Part shown: positions 25,063-38,562 of the stretch, piece by piece
How the letters are laid out: every line of letters starts with the position of its first letter
How positions within the stretch are numbered: position 1 is the stretch's first letter
Assembly: GCA_028534125.1 (NCBI GenBank)
Contig: CM052817.1
Location: forward strand, 12,588,001 to 12,652,000
From: Lama glama
Taxonomy: Eukaryota
DNA length: 64,000 nt
Direction: 5' to 3'
The notes under the pieces: model-generated
Told to the model about the DNA's origin: nothing
Seen by the model: the letters and a program-made list of their open reading frames with translations, nothing else
Database searches by the model: none
Program-made: the position numbers and the translations under genes

Positions 25063-25808
25063 CCCCTTCTTCTCTGGGGTATGAACCTATAGCTAGAGGG
25101 ACCCTATCACTATCCTTAGGGACCACATATCTGACTGGAGGATCCAGACACTATCCTAGGTCTGAAAATCAAGGCCAGGCCCCCCGCATTCCTTATATGC
25201 TCCTTGTTCTCCTATCTTTTTCTTTAGTCCAAAAAATCATCTCCGCCCCTGATGAGCCAAATAACTCAGAGACAGTGCCCTGGAGATTAGAAGAAAAGAA
25301 GCCACTTTATTGTTTTGCCAGGCAAAGGGGACTCACCCTAGTGCCTTCAAAACTGTGAACCTATCTTGGGGATGGGGCAGGGTGATTATATAGCCATAGC
25401 TTAAACAATAAAGCATCGATAACAATCAACAGAATTTTCTTCTCCTAAGACTCATAGTGGCCTCATGGTGTCTCCAGGTGATCAATTCTATAGAGGCTAG
25501 TGGTTGTCACTCTTTCGATCTCTTTATCTTTTAAGAACCCAAGGTGTGGTCTTCTTGGTAATTCAGGCTATTTTGTAAGGTTACATTCCCATGACCTTCT
25601 CCCTGGAGAATGGCTCAGAGATCAAGAATGATTATTACTTTCAATTACTAGAATAAAGTAGAAACAAGAATAATAGCTTTAGTTTTAACAGTGGGTCTGG
25701 AGCTGTGAGTAGTAAGCGGTCGGTCAGGTCAGTTGATCGTTTTAAGGGCAAGTGTAAGAATAAGCAATCTGTTAGCCTAAGTGCAGCCATTTTGTTAATT
25801 ATCCTTCA
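25063..25808 (-). mobile_element. ERV1-type LTR; left boundary uncertain
   Basis: Minus strand begins tgaaggataattaacaaaatggctgc; reverse TATA (tatatag near 25388) and reverse polyA signal (ctttattg near 25305) in LTR order. Confidence 0.7.
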
Positions 25809-26139
25809 AAACTATACATATCGCAGTCATTCGTTCTGCCATGGCTTCATACTGATCTCACTTCTTGACTATTCTGAGTTGTCATGAGAGCATCACAATG
25901 CTCAAAACTGAGTGCTGAGTTCCGTTCTGTGGACTCAGAATTCAAGTGCTAAATCATGGATTCTGATGATCAAAAAAGAATTTACCAAAGACCTAGAAGG
26001 GGAGAACAGGCTGCACTTTTAGAGTCAGATACAGTCACTCCACATAGAGGAAGAGGGAAAAACAGTAACCTGGTAGCCTCTGTGAGCCCAATACACATTA
26101 GTGATATTCAAGAGACTTACCTGATTATTAATTCTAATA

Positions 26140-26345
26140 GAACTAATATTAATGGAGCTCAGCTTACACTAGGCACAAGGGTGAGGCCCTTACATTCATT
26201 AACTCGTTTATTTATCGCAATTACTCTACAAGGTGGTCATTATTAATGTGCATATTTTACGATGCTTAATTAACTTGCAAAAGTAAAACAACTACCAAGT
26301 GAAGGAGTAAGGATCTGGCCCCAGATCTGACCCCAAAGCCCATAT
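26140..26345 (-). mobile_element. MIR
   Basis: aatggagctcagcttacactaggcac...cattcattaactcgtttatt...taacttgcaaaagtaaaacaact...cccagatctgaccccaaagccc. Confidence 0.7.
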
Positions 26346-26884
26346 TCTGATAAGAAATGGAGAAAATAAAACATGGGGACCTCTGTTAGGTATAGAAAGT
26401 TTTGTTTTGTTTTGTTTTGTTTTTTAAGCACTATTGATTCATCATCTGCTGTGTGTCAGATGTGGTGCCCAGATCAGGAGAATGGTAATAAATATGACCA
26501 GCTTTTGGAGAATTCAAAATCTAGTTGGTGAGTCTGATACACAAATAATCCAAATGCAATAATGCAGGTGTTAAAATCAAGGTGTATATAGTGGTTGCTT
26601 TCCTTTTTTTTTGCAGTTTGCCTGCCAGTCAGATTTTAGAGTAAGGATTAAAATGGAAGTGTTTATGAAATGTGTAATTGAGGGAAAAAGAAAATGTCAC
26701 ATGAAGTAGAGTTGGGGAAGACAGTTCACAGGAGAGTAAGAAAAATGAGTAGTACTTCAGCAGGGCAGATAGTGGCAGAAATAAACAAAAGTGAAGGATT
26801 TGTAGAAGTCAGGGCTCAGAGGGTTGGGGGTCAGGAAGGCAGCTGCAGCTCTAAAGGTAGCTGGGGATCTAACAGTGATGGTAT

Positions 26885-27398
26885 TATAACAGGGAAGAAC
26901 AAATCTAACTGCATATTAGATCTGTCCCTTTAGCTCTAACACTCTGCTGTTTCCTGTGCTTAGTCATGCTGGTTCTACACCTTTTATAAAAGAATGCTAC
27001 CTATAGCCTGAAATGTACAGGACAGCCCATTCTCAAGGCTCTGACCTTCAAGGATATAACACTTCTTCATCCATATAGAGATAAAAAGTTGCAGAACAGA
27101 GAATAACATTTGTCTTGGAGATTTATAGGATCATGATGATCTGACCTACCTGGACAGCTGCAAGAACAGAGGATTCTGAAACCAAGAAGTTTGCAACAAC
27201 CAGCCACACCCTCTTCCTTTTTTAGTATAAAAGGAGTGTGAATTCTGACTTGGGGAAAATGATTCTCTAGGACTTCAGTTCCCCATCTTCTCAGTCTGAT
27301 GGCTTTCCAATAAAGTGGTTATCCCTTGCCCCCCAAACTCCTCTCTCAATTTATTGACCTCTTGTGTGGTGAGCAGTATGAGCTTGGATTTGGTAACA
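26885..27398 (+). mobile_element. ERV1 solo LTR, MER41-like cetartiodactyl family
   Basis: t(a)taacagggaagaacaaatctaactgcata...tagtataaaagg...aataaagt...ggtaaca; 4-bp TSD gtat/gttt; colinear with the copy at 53250-53765. Confidence 0.88.
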
Positions 27399-28279
27399 GT
27401 TTTACCCAGGAAATCCCATCATGCTCACTTTTTTAAGGCAGAGGAATTATTCAGCCAGACATGTTAGAAAAAGGGGGTCAGTTTGCACAAAATTTTGCTA
27501 CAGTCTTTTTGACCAATATCCAATCTTGAGTATGAACTTTGTGATAAACTATTAAAAGAAAACGTTTCCTTAAAACAATTACCTTTTTTTTTCCAGTTGG
27601 AAGTTAAATATCCTTATACACGGTCTCTATTCTTGTCTTGGAATTAGAAGGGAATACAAGCCATCACATGGTTTCAGAAGTAACTAGCCCCTTCAGAATG
27701 CCACCTGAGCCCTTGGCAGGCACAATGGCTGCTTCTGATGCCAACCCTGGGTGCCGTAGCTAGGGGGACTAATAGTAATTACTGTTTCCAACCCTTTCGA
27801 AAGTTTCCAAGCTGTCTGTGGCATCTGTTCCATACATGTTCTGCTGGCAGCTAGGAAGTGAGGGATTTTGAAGATACTATTAATGTTTTTTTGTCAATTA
27901 GTAAATGTGTGATCAAATAATTGCTCTAAACTCTTCAAGATGGCCTAATTCAGAGAGCTGGAATAAAGCAATGGAAGGCTATCTATATTCATCCTAGGAG
28001 CACAGTTTATTTATGGTATGGTGTTAAAACCAACCAAAAAAAAATTTGAATTATCAAAGTTCTAAGGTGCTTGTTTGTCCACATGACTCGGGAAAATCCG
28101 CTTATTTGTAGATCTTTTATCCAACAAGGTCTCCTGGCAAAATAAGCCATTCTATTTTCTCCATATGTACTCTGGGATGCCCGACTTGAGTGCCCATAAT
28201 GATGCTCTTCATTCCACAGAGAAACCTGTTCCTCCTGTCTCAGCCCTTCTAAGTGTCATTTGTTTCATCCACACCTGGA

Positions 28280-28462
28280 TGAATTCCTGATTTCGCCACC
28301 TAATGGTTGAGTGACTTTGGGCAAATCTCTTAACCTCTTTACAATCCCAGCTTCCTCATCTATAAAATGGAGATGATAACTATCTAATATTTAGGATTCT
28401 GTAAGGATTAACAGAGATGATATCCATGAAGCACACAATAAATGCTTAATAATCATCCTCTA
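28280..28462 (+). mobile_element. MIR
   Basis: gtgactttgggcaaatctcttaacctct...cagcttcctcatctataaaatggagatgataa...gtaaggattaa. Confidence 0.88.
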
Positions 28463-28859
28463 TTATTTTAATATAAGTTATTATGATATCAGTAGTCTGT
28501 CCTACTGTCATCAATGTCTTAGGGTCCTTTCGGATTCTCCATGCAGCCATCATCCTCACCTGCTCTGAATTCACATTGCAGTGGACCTACACCCTTGTCA
28601 GGGAGTGCAGCATTTCTTACCTTAGATATCAGTTAATATATACCTGTTCTGTCTCCCCTGTAACTTTAGAGATCAACATCCTTTCCTGATTCACCTACAT
28701 GTCCACATTTTCTAGAATGGTGATACGTTTAGGGGAACTACTTTATCGCATAGATATCTGATTTCCTTCACATTTTGAACATGATAAGCAAAGAACAAGT
28801 CAGTGCAAGCTAGAAGGTCTCAGTGGGACTACCGGCTACTTTTTCCCAGATGACCCTCA

Positions 28860-29800
28860 AGGTCACTTGACTGGCCTCCTTGACTCCCAGTCTGGCCCCT
28901 CCAGCCACAATCTCTAGACAGAGTGATTTTCCTAAGGTACAGACCTTATGGGGTTATTCCTTTGCTTTATTTCTTTTAGTGGCATTCCATGATCAGTCCA
29001 AACTTCAATACTGCCATAAAGGAAATTTCATAATCTACTAACCTCCACTCCCTCTTTTTTCACCTTGTCCCTCACCACTCTCTTTACCTTATGCAATATG
29101 TGGTACCCATACTTGAAATATGACATTTTCCAGACTCTCTCTACCCTCCAGTTCTGTGCACCTTTCTTTTTGCCTGAAATAAACTTCTTACCACTTCCCA
29201 CTGTCATCTAGTTTACTGTGATTCATCCTTTAGAATTCAGTATAAATGTAACCATGTCATCTCATGAAGAAAACCTGTCCTGTCCCTCTCTATTTTACTT
29301 ATTTCCCTGTCTTATATGCTATATTGTCACTCTGTGTGTGTCTCTCTCATAACATTTAAAGTATAGTACTAAATTGTATCTTACACATAGGTTTCACATC
29401 TTAATTCTGCAGTCATTGAGCAAAAAAAAAAAAAAAGCTCTCAATCATCTTATTAACCCCCTGGAGATTCCTTTCTGAGAGATCTAAGACTTCCAATAAC
29501 CTAGAATCTACCTCATGACCTTCTACCCTCATATCCATCCACTCTGCCTCATGTTTAGTTAATATCAACTGCATACATTTTCCTTCAGATATCAACCTAT
29601 TTAATGTGTTTTCATGAATTTTTACATGCAATTTACCCTTCCCTATAAAACCCATCCCACCTTTATTCTCTTGACCAATACTTAACTTTTTACTGAGATT
29701 TAGCTCAGGGGTTATTTCTTCTCAAAAGCTTTTATGAACACTCAGTTTGGATTAAGTACCTTGCTATGTTCTCTGTTGTATATAACATGTATAACTTCAG
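28860..29800 (+). mobile_element. L2 fragments
   Basis: ctccagccacaatctctagacagagtgattttcctaag...attcatcctttagaattcag; ttttactgagatttagctcaggggttatttcttctc. Confidence 0.6.
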
Positions 29801-29880
29801 CTTCCCTCCTGAGTAAATTCATTTTTTCCCCTAAACACAATCTACTGGCCTTTTAGTGTGCATTTGGTAATCTTGTACAC

Positions 29881-30098
29881 CTTGGTTTCTCAACCTTGAA
29901 ACTATTGACATTTTAGACCAGTTAATTGTTTGCTGTGAAGGCTGTCCTGTGTTACTGCAGAATTCTTAGTAGCATTCCTAACCTCAATACACTAGATCCT
30001 TATAACATGCACCCCTGCCCCCACTGTGACAAATAAAAATGCCTCCAAACATAACAAGATACCACCTATGGGAAAAGTCATCGTTGGTTGAGACTGTG
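29881..30098 (-). mobile_element. MER20 hAT-Charlie DNA transposon
   Basis: ggtttctcaaccttgaaactattgacattttagaccag...gctgtcctgtg...tagcattcctaacctc...tgtgacaaataaaaatgcctccaaacat...tggttgaga. Confidence 0.88.
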
Positions 30099-30624
30099 CT
30101 CTAGATCCTAAAAGCAGAACTTAACAGTTCTGTCCCCTTACAGTGATGAATGTATTTAATCTGGTTCAATGAAAACTACTTCTATTGGTAGAGTAATTAC
30201 TGATAAAGAGGATATGATTTGAACCTAGGAAGCAAATCTTTTTTTCCCATTAGTGTCATCTTCTCTTATTTAAAAAAGGGTTTTGTAAATTTGAAATGAT
30301 GTTTTCTGTTTGTTGATAAATAAAGAAAGTAAGAACCAGAGTTTTAATTATAACATTGTCATCATAAGTAATAGGCAATAAGCACCAAAAATTGGTAGTG
30401 GAAGATCAACCTGAAGAAACTGCTAAAGAGGTAATGATGTGGACAAGTTTCTATTAATTTAATGCTATTTTGCATCCACACCAATAGTCTCAAACATACC
30501 AAAATGTATTTCTTTTTTTTTCAACCTTTAATCACACTATGAATTACATATATTTCTTTCTGGCCTGGCTATGGGAACAAGAGATCATCATTTTTTTTAT
30601 TTAACTCAATATAACTGAGTTTTA

Positions 30625-30900
30625 TATAATTCAACAAACATTAGGCACTCTATTCTGTGGGCCTGACTCTTTAAAAAAATTTTAGGACTTTGCCCCTATA
30701 CTCAAGATCCTTACATTCTAGTGGTTGTCTGGTATCTAAAGAAGGACTAGAGTTAAAGGGGTGGGAAGTCCAGGTGGTTGCAGAGGTTTCTCAGGGAAAG
30801 TAATGCAGGTAGTGGTTTTGAAGAATGAGTAGCGATTTTTTAGGTAGACAAGGCAATGAGAATGTACCAGAGGATGGCACCAGAATGCAAATCAACACAT
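30625..30900 (-). mobile_element. L2 3' fragment
   Basis: attcaacaaacattaggcactctattctgtgggcc...ctcaagatccttacattctagtgg...ttttgaagaatgagtag. Confidence 0.55.
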
Positions 30901-31254
30901 GGCTTCCTTCCTTCAAAAAAAAAAATTCTTACTACAAGAAACTCAGCAAGTAGAGGATTTAAATTCTGTCACAGGCTTCTTGCTTTGACGACTGGTTACA
31001 AACATTTTATAAACCAGAAGAGGCCCATTGACTATGCTTTAAGTGACTCTCTTGCAGGCGCAAAAAGCAACATGTACGAACATGAGTTATGTTACATGAG
31101 TAAGCTTATCCTATGAGGATTTTTGAAAATCTGAACTAGGTCATAACCTTGAGTAAGATGAAGGTAGAGAAGGATTAGGGGAAAATCATTTCCTCCCAAT
31201 AGTAAATTGGGTCTATAACCTGGTATTTCCTTTTAAGTCAATATTTGAGTGAGA

Positions 31255-31336
31255 CTTACAGGGAAACTCTCCATATCATCGTCATAACTCTTCTGTAAAT
31301 CTAAAACTATTCTACAACAGAATGTTTACTTAAAAA
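31255..31336 (+). mobile_element. Short L1M 3' terminal fragment
   Basis: aactcttctgtaaatctaaaactattctacaacagaatgtttacttaaaaa. Confidence 0.6.
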
Positions 31337-32675
31337 GAGATTTTAAAAGGTCATGAAAACAAAGAATAGCCTGAACAATGGAGAAGGTCAGCAGAAGGGA
31401 ATAGTTAGGCAAGGTGGGGCACGGAAACACTGGAAGGGGACTGAGTGTTTTTGCAATTATAGACCCCCATCCTTAGCCCCTCCATGATCCCTCTCTTACC
31501 ACATGTGCCCTTGCTCTCACTTCCTCCTATTACTAATTAGGCTGTTTTATGTGAATTTCAGCATGCAATATTTCATATTTAATAACCCTGCATCAGAAGA
31601 AATGGGAAGTCAAAGAGGCTGGAATTTATTGCCAGGTGTTCTGGACAGCATCTGGGGCATTTATAGAGAACCCACAAAATTCCTCAATACCCTGAGGAAT
31701 CTAAAGCCCACACTTTCAGGAATCCAATAAGTTTCAGCTGAGAATCCCATAAATACTACAGGACAAAGGCTATCCTCTGATCAAGCTCATTCACTGGGTA
31801 TTCAGGCGACAGGAAGTTGACATTCAGGCTACTCATAATTGGCCTTTGCATTTAGCACCTTGTTAACATAAATTGAGGAAGTTCACACCTCTAATCTCTT
31901 GTTACTAATGTCAGTCTGCTAGAATCTGAACTCAATAAGATGAGGTTGGCTTGCTGGAAAAGCTGTTTTTTTTTTTTTTTTTTTTCCAGCAGGAGGAGAA
32001 GAATCTAATTGTTTCAGCTGAGAGACCTGGAATCTGCTGACATGAGCGGTATCTTCAATTTAGGGGACAGCTCCAAAGCTAAAGGTTAAAGTCAGGAAGT
32101 CACTAAGGTTGTCACTCAGTCTCCATGATTTCTGTCTTTTTAAAAGATGACTTCACATTTTCTATTTTCTCGCATCTTACATTAGAGCCAGGCTGATCAC
32201 TATGGTGGACCTGAATTCGCTCATGCTTTCTCTCTTCTCTCCTTTGTTTGCAATGTATCCATTACCTTAAGTACCATTTTCTCAGATCATCAAAAGTCTA
32301 GCTCCTCCCACTCCTTAACATTTCTGTTCAAATTAATTCTTTTCTAAAAATCTCCCAGGGATTTAAATTTCTGTTTCCTTGAAATCTTCTTTACTCCTTC
32401 AAATATCAGTTTATGTCCATTTCTGTTTATTATATTTTTATTAGAATCTTGACACCTAAGTTTCATCATTTACTTTTCCTTAGCAAAATGGCATGCTTCT
32501 TGGAGATACCAGTCAAACTTCTCTAGCAGTGCATGAGAGTGCTGGTGTTAGTGATGGCACTCCCAGAAAGGAAAGTCGCTTTTTGTAAAGCTGCCTGTTG
32601 GGGGCTTTAGGATAGCGATCATAAGTGACAGTTGCGTAAGCCAGAAATAAGCCTCTCTTTAAAAACACCAGGACT

Positions 32676-33375
32676 GATGTAGCCATTATGGAAAACAGAA
32701 TGGAGATTCCTCAAAAAACTAAAAACAACTTACCATATGATCTAGCAATCCCACTCCTGGGCATTTGCTGAAACTTGAACCTTAATTCAAAGAGACACCT
32801 GCACCCAAATGTCATAGCAGCACTATTTACGATAGCCAAAATATGGAAACAACCTAAATGTCCATTGACAGATGCCTGGGAAAAGAAATTTTGGTATATT
32901 TATACAATGGAATACTACTCAGCCATAAAAAAGAATAAAATAACGCCATTTGCAGCAACATAGATGGACCCGGAGAATGTCATTCTAAGTGAAGTAAGGC
33001 AGAAAGAGAAAGAAAAATATGATATGATATCACTTATATGTGGAATCTAAAAAAAAAAAGACAAATGAACTTATTTACAAAATAGAAATAGACTCACAGA
33101 CATAGAAAACAAACTTATGGTTACCAGTAGGGGAAGGGGGTAGAAATTGGGTGTTTGAGATTTGCAGATATTAGCTAATGTATACAAAACAGATAAACAA
33201 CAAGTTCATACTGTATAGCTCAGGGAACTATATTCAATATCTTGTGGTCACCTATAATGAAAAAGAATATCAAAACCAATATATGTATGTATATGTATGA
33301 CAAACATGCTGTACATCAGAAATGGACACAACATTGTAAACTGACTATTTAATACAAATATTTTTATACAAAAAA
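32676..33375 (+). mobile_element. Lineage-specific L1, 5'-truncated (ORF2 C-terminus, 3'UTR, polyA)
   Basis: ORF 32775-32963 reads IAALFTIAKIWKQPKCP...WYIYTMEYYSAIKKN (L1 ORF2 end); about 15-bp TSD aaaaacaccaggact (32661-32675) / aaaagcaccagaatt (33376-33390) at a tt|aaaa endonuclease site. Confidence 0.95.
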
Positions 33376-33649
33376 AAAAGCACCAGAATTTTGGCCTTTG
33401 TAAAGGCAGTCTCTGGGCCATCTGAAGAGAGAGGAAAATCTAGAGCTACTCTGAAGGGGGAATAATCCAAAGCACCGTGGTAACTATGCTATGAGAATGG
33501 ATTTTACTTTACAACTGGGAGAAATGGAACATGATAAAGGACACTTAACCAAACATCTTTCTAAAAGAGCGGGTCGTGTTAAAACACTGCACATTCACTA
33601 TTTTGTACTACCCACCATCCCACTGAGCTAATTCTCAAATGACTCTTTG

Positions 33650-34800
33650 GGAGAGAAAACAAACTAGTCCTGGATAAGTAAGGAAAAGATTCAGTATTCA
33701 AGAAGTCATCGAACTGCCCAAGAGCAAGCAAAATTGTGGAAGAAAATGGTATAGCAACTACACAAACTTAGCTAAGGAAAGAAGGAAGGGTAACACCAAC
33801 AAAGTATTTCAAAGATAAATATCAAATCTAAAAGGAAAAATAACAAAGATACAAAAAATTCCTCATATGTCTTACACTTTACAACACATACAATTTCTAG
33901 ATGAATTAAATGAACCAAAGTCTGAAAGACGTGAAAATAACCCAACAATCAAAGTCTTGACGATAAACCAACAACAAAAGATGAAAAGACATACTGAAAG
34001 CTTGATAAGGAAAATAGCATCATTGCTGAATTGATATATAAATTGGAGTCAGCAAGGAACCAGAGTCAGCTGAAAAATCAAATTAGTACAGAAAACAGCA
34101 ACAATAACAACTTGGGATAATCAGAAGTAATGCAAGTGAGAAACGCAAAAAAAAAAATGATTAAACTAGTTCAACAATAAAAATCGATATCCTTGAAATA
34201 GAGAAAAAATTAAAAAGCAACAAAGAAAGAGAAGAAAGAGTATGTGTTTGTAAACCTTTCATAAAGAACATTTCTTTGAAACGAATATAGAACTAAATCC
34301 CTAGGTACCATTCAGAGAACATATTTCAATAAAATGTGATAGGAAACAATCAGTACCAATATGCATCATGGTTACGTTATAGAATTTCAGGTAAAAATAG
34401 AGTTTTCTTTAGGCATTTGAGCAGAAAAAGCCAATTACCTACAAGATAGGTAGAACAAGGCTGGCTTCAGACTTCTCTCCAGAGGAACATCCAATGCTGG
34501 AAGACAATGGGTCTTTGTCTCCAAAGATCTGAAGGGAAAGAGAAGTATAGAAAGAACACTATGCATATGTTAATCAATCAAAACAATGAAAACCATTTTA
34601 CCTTCTTTAATTTCTAATTTAGATTATTAGCACCTATAAGATGGAGACCTTGAGTGATAATAACAGGTGCTCTATCTCATTACTGATACAAATATTTATA
34701 GAAATTTTGAAAGAAATTGTGAGGTGTTAGTAAGGTTCTATTATTAGATAACTCTTAATCAGATAGGAGAGATTAAAAAATGTGAGTTAGCAAAATGAAC
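33650..34800 (+). mobile_element. HAL1 / ancient L1 ORF1-like remnant
   Basis: A-rich sense strand; aggctggcttcagacttctc...caatgctggaagacaatgg...caaagatctgaagggaaag is the L1-ORF1/HAL1 signature. Confidence 0.65.
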
Positions 34801-35749
34801 TTCTAATATCATGATGGCTTAAGAAAGGGAGAATGTAGTGTATTTGGGTGGACTGACAGTTTTTGATAGGAGTGGCTTTGGAGAACAATGATGAAGAATA
34901 AATAAAACATGGAAATGTACCAATGGACAGAAGGAAGGTCAAGCTGTGGAACCAGCATAAGCACAGGCTGGAAGGTGGAAGATACCTGGTCCATTCTGGA
35001 GAGGGTAGGTCATGTCAGGGTGGCAGAGGTGGCAAGGACAAAGAAGGTAGTAACAGAACAGCAGGTGGACACAAATCTGTGAGCAGCCTGTGCATTTCTT
35101 ACATGTTGTCCACTAAGCAGCATGAAACCACAGATGCATTTTGAAATAGAGAGTGTTTATTTTTGTGTCTCGTTTATAACCCAGTCTAAGGGGTTGATAG
35201 AGCTATAATTTCTGTAATAACTTAAGTGATTTGAGTACAGGTCCTTCCACTGCCCTGATTTTTATTTTTTCCTATTTTTTTTAAGAGACCAGGCAAAGCG
35301 CATGACTTTCAAATGGTGTCCTGAAACCATTTTTAGCATTAGACATTTACTAGATAGCTACCATGTGTGAGAGCCTGGTCTTGGAGCAGGCATCATTTCT
35401 ATATTTACAGTCCTGTATTATAATCATTTACATTTAGCAGGACAACCATAAATTCTGTAAGTAAAAATACTACCAGGACTAGTAAGGTAAGGGAATCAAT
35501 ACATTAGTTTAAATGGATTGTCAAAATGGTAAAGACCATGAGGCTATGTCTCAGAAATCAGGATAATTCAATTACGCTAAGCATCGTATTTCCAAGGCAT
35601 CCTGTTTTTCTGAATTCAACTCTAGAGAGTAAAGCATTGTGAAAGACTGTCTCCTTATGTGTTTCAGCTACGGTTGAGCATATCAATGCATCAATCATTT
35701 TCAAATTCTTACCCCCTGTAGAAATGGACAAGTTCTTCTCGGCATGGCC

Positions 35750-35980
35750 TGATAGTAGTACAGTGTGTTGAAAGAACATGTGATTAAATCTCAGAATGTG
35801 ATTATTAGCTTGTAACCTTGTAACCCTGGCCATGAGAGTTGCCCTTTAGAGTGTGTTTCCTTATCTGTAAAGAGGAAGACTACTAAGTCGTGCCCACCAT
35901 TATGATACACGTTAAGTAAGTTAATGTATAATAGGGTTTAGAATGGCAATCTGTGTATATGCAGAATAAATATCAATCGG
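35750..35980 (+). mobile_element. MIR
   Basis: gtttccttatctgtaaagagg...gttaatgtataatagggtttagaatgg...aataaatatc. Confidence 0.65.
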
Positions 35981-38384
35981 TTACATTTTTTTTCTTTTTT
36001 GTCTCTGATCTTACAATCAAGAAACCTGATTTTTTTGTGTGTGTGACTCAAGTCCACAATGTTATACAGGCACTTAAGCAATTAGGGATCTTGTCTCTAA
36101 CACATCTCTTATGTTTCTTCCAGCAGTACAACCTGTGCAGTAGATATCATGTAAAGTTGTTGTAAAGAGCAATTATGGTATACAGGGAGATAAAATCATT
36201 TAATACAGCTGCCCAAATGACTATGAAATCAGATCTGCAGGATTCCTGAGATATAAATCATCAGTCCTCAACAAGTGAAGAAATCTCAGCCACTGTAGAG
36301 AGCCTTGTAATTTTATTCATTGAATACGTTTATTCTTACTTTGTCCACTTTGCTGTGGGTGATGTTCTTCATTAATGGCAAATCCACACCTCCAAATATC
36401 ACTCATGCATGGCCAAAGTGCACGGACATTCATGTCAGTCGGATCACTAGCTGGAGCTTGTGCATCTCAAATGCTGCAACTTAGGTTCTTCAGGAAATAA
36501 ATATGTTGAAAAAGAACTCATGAAGGAGCTACCTAAGGAATGGTAGGACTTTAAATGATTTTCCATTTCCATTTCCTTCCCCTTTCTTTCCTTAATGTCT
36601 GGAAAGTGATGAAATGAACTTGAAATGGGGAGTGATAAGAAGTGAGATTGATTGCCATTTTGAATTTCCTCAGCTCCCCTTTATTCTTCAAGATAACTGA
36701 CACTATAAAAAACTTAAGAGAATTCCATTAAACATAGGTTTAAAAAATTCCCAACTTTTAGTCAACATATGTGAATATTGATTTCGAATTTTAGCCAGGC
36801 TATGCTTTGCAGGTCAGTTAAGAAACAATCATACTTGAAGAATAACCAATGGTGTAGAAATCTAAGTTTTATGTTGTCTATTTAACTAGATTTTCTGGCA
36901 TTCCTGCCAAGTCTAGTTCTCCTGAAAGATAACTTATTTCTTCTTGGGTGGCACTGGAATCTATTTATGCAATTATAATATGGATTCATACTCCATTGAA
37001 TGGTGTCACACTGATTTAAATGACTTGATCTTATATGAAGGTTGCCCAAAATGAAGACTGGGTTGGGAAGTATTCTAGATACAAATAAACACCACCGTAT
37101 CAGGAGTATTATGAATTGTCTTGCTACATTTTCTCTAAAATTAACCCTTGGCCTAAGGGGTGCTGAAGAGCATGATCACTTTAAGTTTATTTAGATCTGT
37201 GGATTCAATAGGGTGACATCACTTTATTTCAAAAGTAAAAATATCATCTGCAAAGACAAACCCTATTCCCTTGCCAGACGAAATTTCATTAACTAACTTA
37301 AATTGGACTTAAAACAATCACATAAACCAATTAGTTTCAATTTTTAACTCCATTAGGAGTATTATTCATCACGGTATTGCTGGACAGAGCTGTGCTTCTT
37401 CTGAGTTTCAACGGATTAAATAAATATAACCTGGGGTGCTAATTATATGATGATGGTGCAGACACTTCAAGATTACTTTCCTTAATACAGATAGAATTTT
37501 GGAAAAATGGATTTTTTTTTAAGAAAATGTCGTTAGCCCACGCTGCATTTTCTCATTTTATAATTTAAAGTGAATGTGAGTGTCTAACATATAATTGAAT
37601 CTACAGTAACCCATGGGCTTTGATGATAATTTCTTTTCATGCAAATCCAGATAACCTTTACTTTTGCCTTCTCTGCAAAATCCATGGCTTACCAAGTGCT
37701 CTAATCTTGTGTAGTTTTATAATCCTTTCTGGTTCATAGAGGGAAATTTGGTGTCCCCAGGGCTTATGACCTGATCCTGGAATTCTATCAGCATTAGTGC
37801 TCCAGAGATTGGTGCTGAACTCTTTTTTTTTTCTTTCTTTCTATCTATAGTATTTCTCTGTATGATCTCATGTTCGTAGTACCATCTACGCACTTGTGCC
37901 TTTCAAATCTGTAACTATGTCCAGAACTTATTCCAGAAGCTCTAGACTTGGGAATCTAACAACTGACTTGCATCTCCAGTTTGATGTGGTGAATGAAACT
38001 CTCTATTCTGCCTACCAAGAATGAAGGTAGTAGAGCCAGATAACTAAGTTAGTAGCCCAGATCAGAAGAGTATCTAGCACCTAATAACCTGTCAATATGT
38101 GTGAATCATTATTATTTGTTATTATTACTGAGGAGTTGTGAAATATAATGCGAACTTCCTGTTTTTCTTCACTAGTACCTGGGGGAAATCTACAGACAAA
38201 GGTAACTAAGAACACCTCCCTATTGCTACCTAAATACCTTTTTATTTTTTAGATATTCTTCAGGTTTCTTTCAAGTAGCCCCTGGTTTTTTCTTTCACAT
38301 CATTTAGTTTACATGCTATTTGCTTGTACAAGACCCTTATTACTATTCTCAGATTTCTTATTCACTGTCTACTACCACCTGAAG

Positions 38385-38562
38385 TCCGGGGTCAAGACTG
38401 AATACCAGGGTATTGCCTAAGACTGTCCACTTACATTATTATCTGTGGTTACTTTCATGCTGCAATTGCAGAGTTGAGTACTTGCAAGAGAGAGCTTATG
38501 ACCAACAAAATCTAATATGTTTGCTATTTCATCCTCTACTGAAAAAGTTTGCTGCCCCCTGC
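38385..38562 (-). mobile_element. MER58-type hAT-Charlie DNA transposon
   Basis: gcagagttgagtacttgcaagagagagc...aaaatctaatatgtttgctatt...tactgaaaaagtttgctgccccctg. Confidence 0.8.

Noticed and set aside
36488..36523. QEINMLKK peptide resembling MAP4K4/TNIK/MINK1 kinase helix C
   Set aside because: Bounded by in-frame stops within a few codons on both sides, and the flanking residues do not match; probably chance
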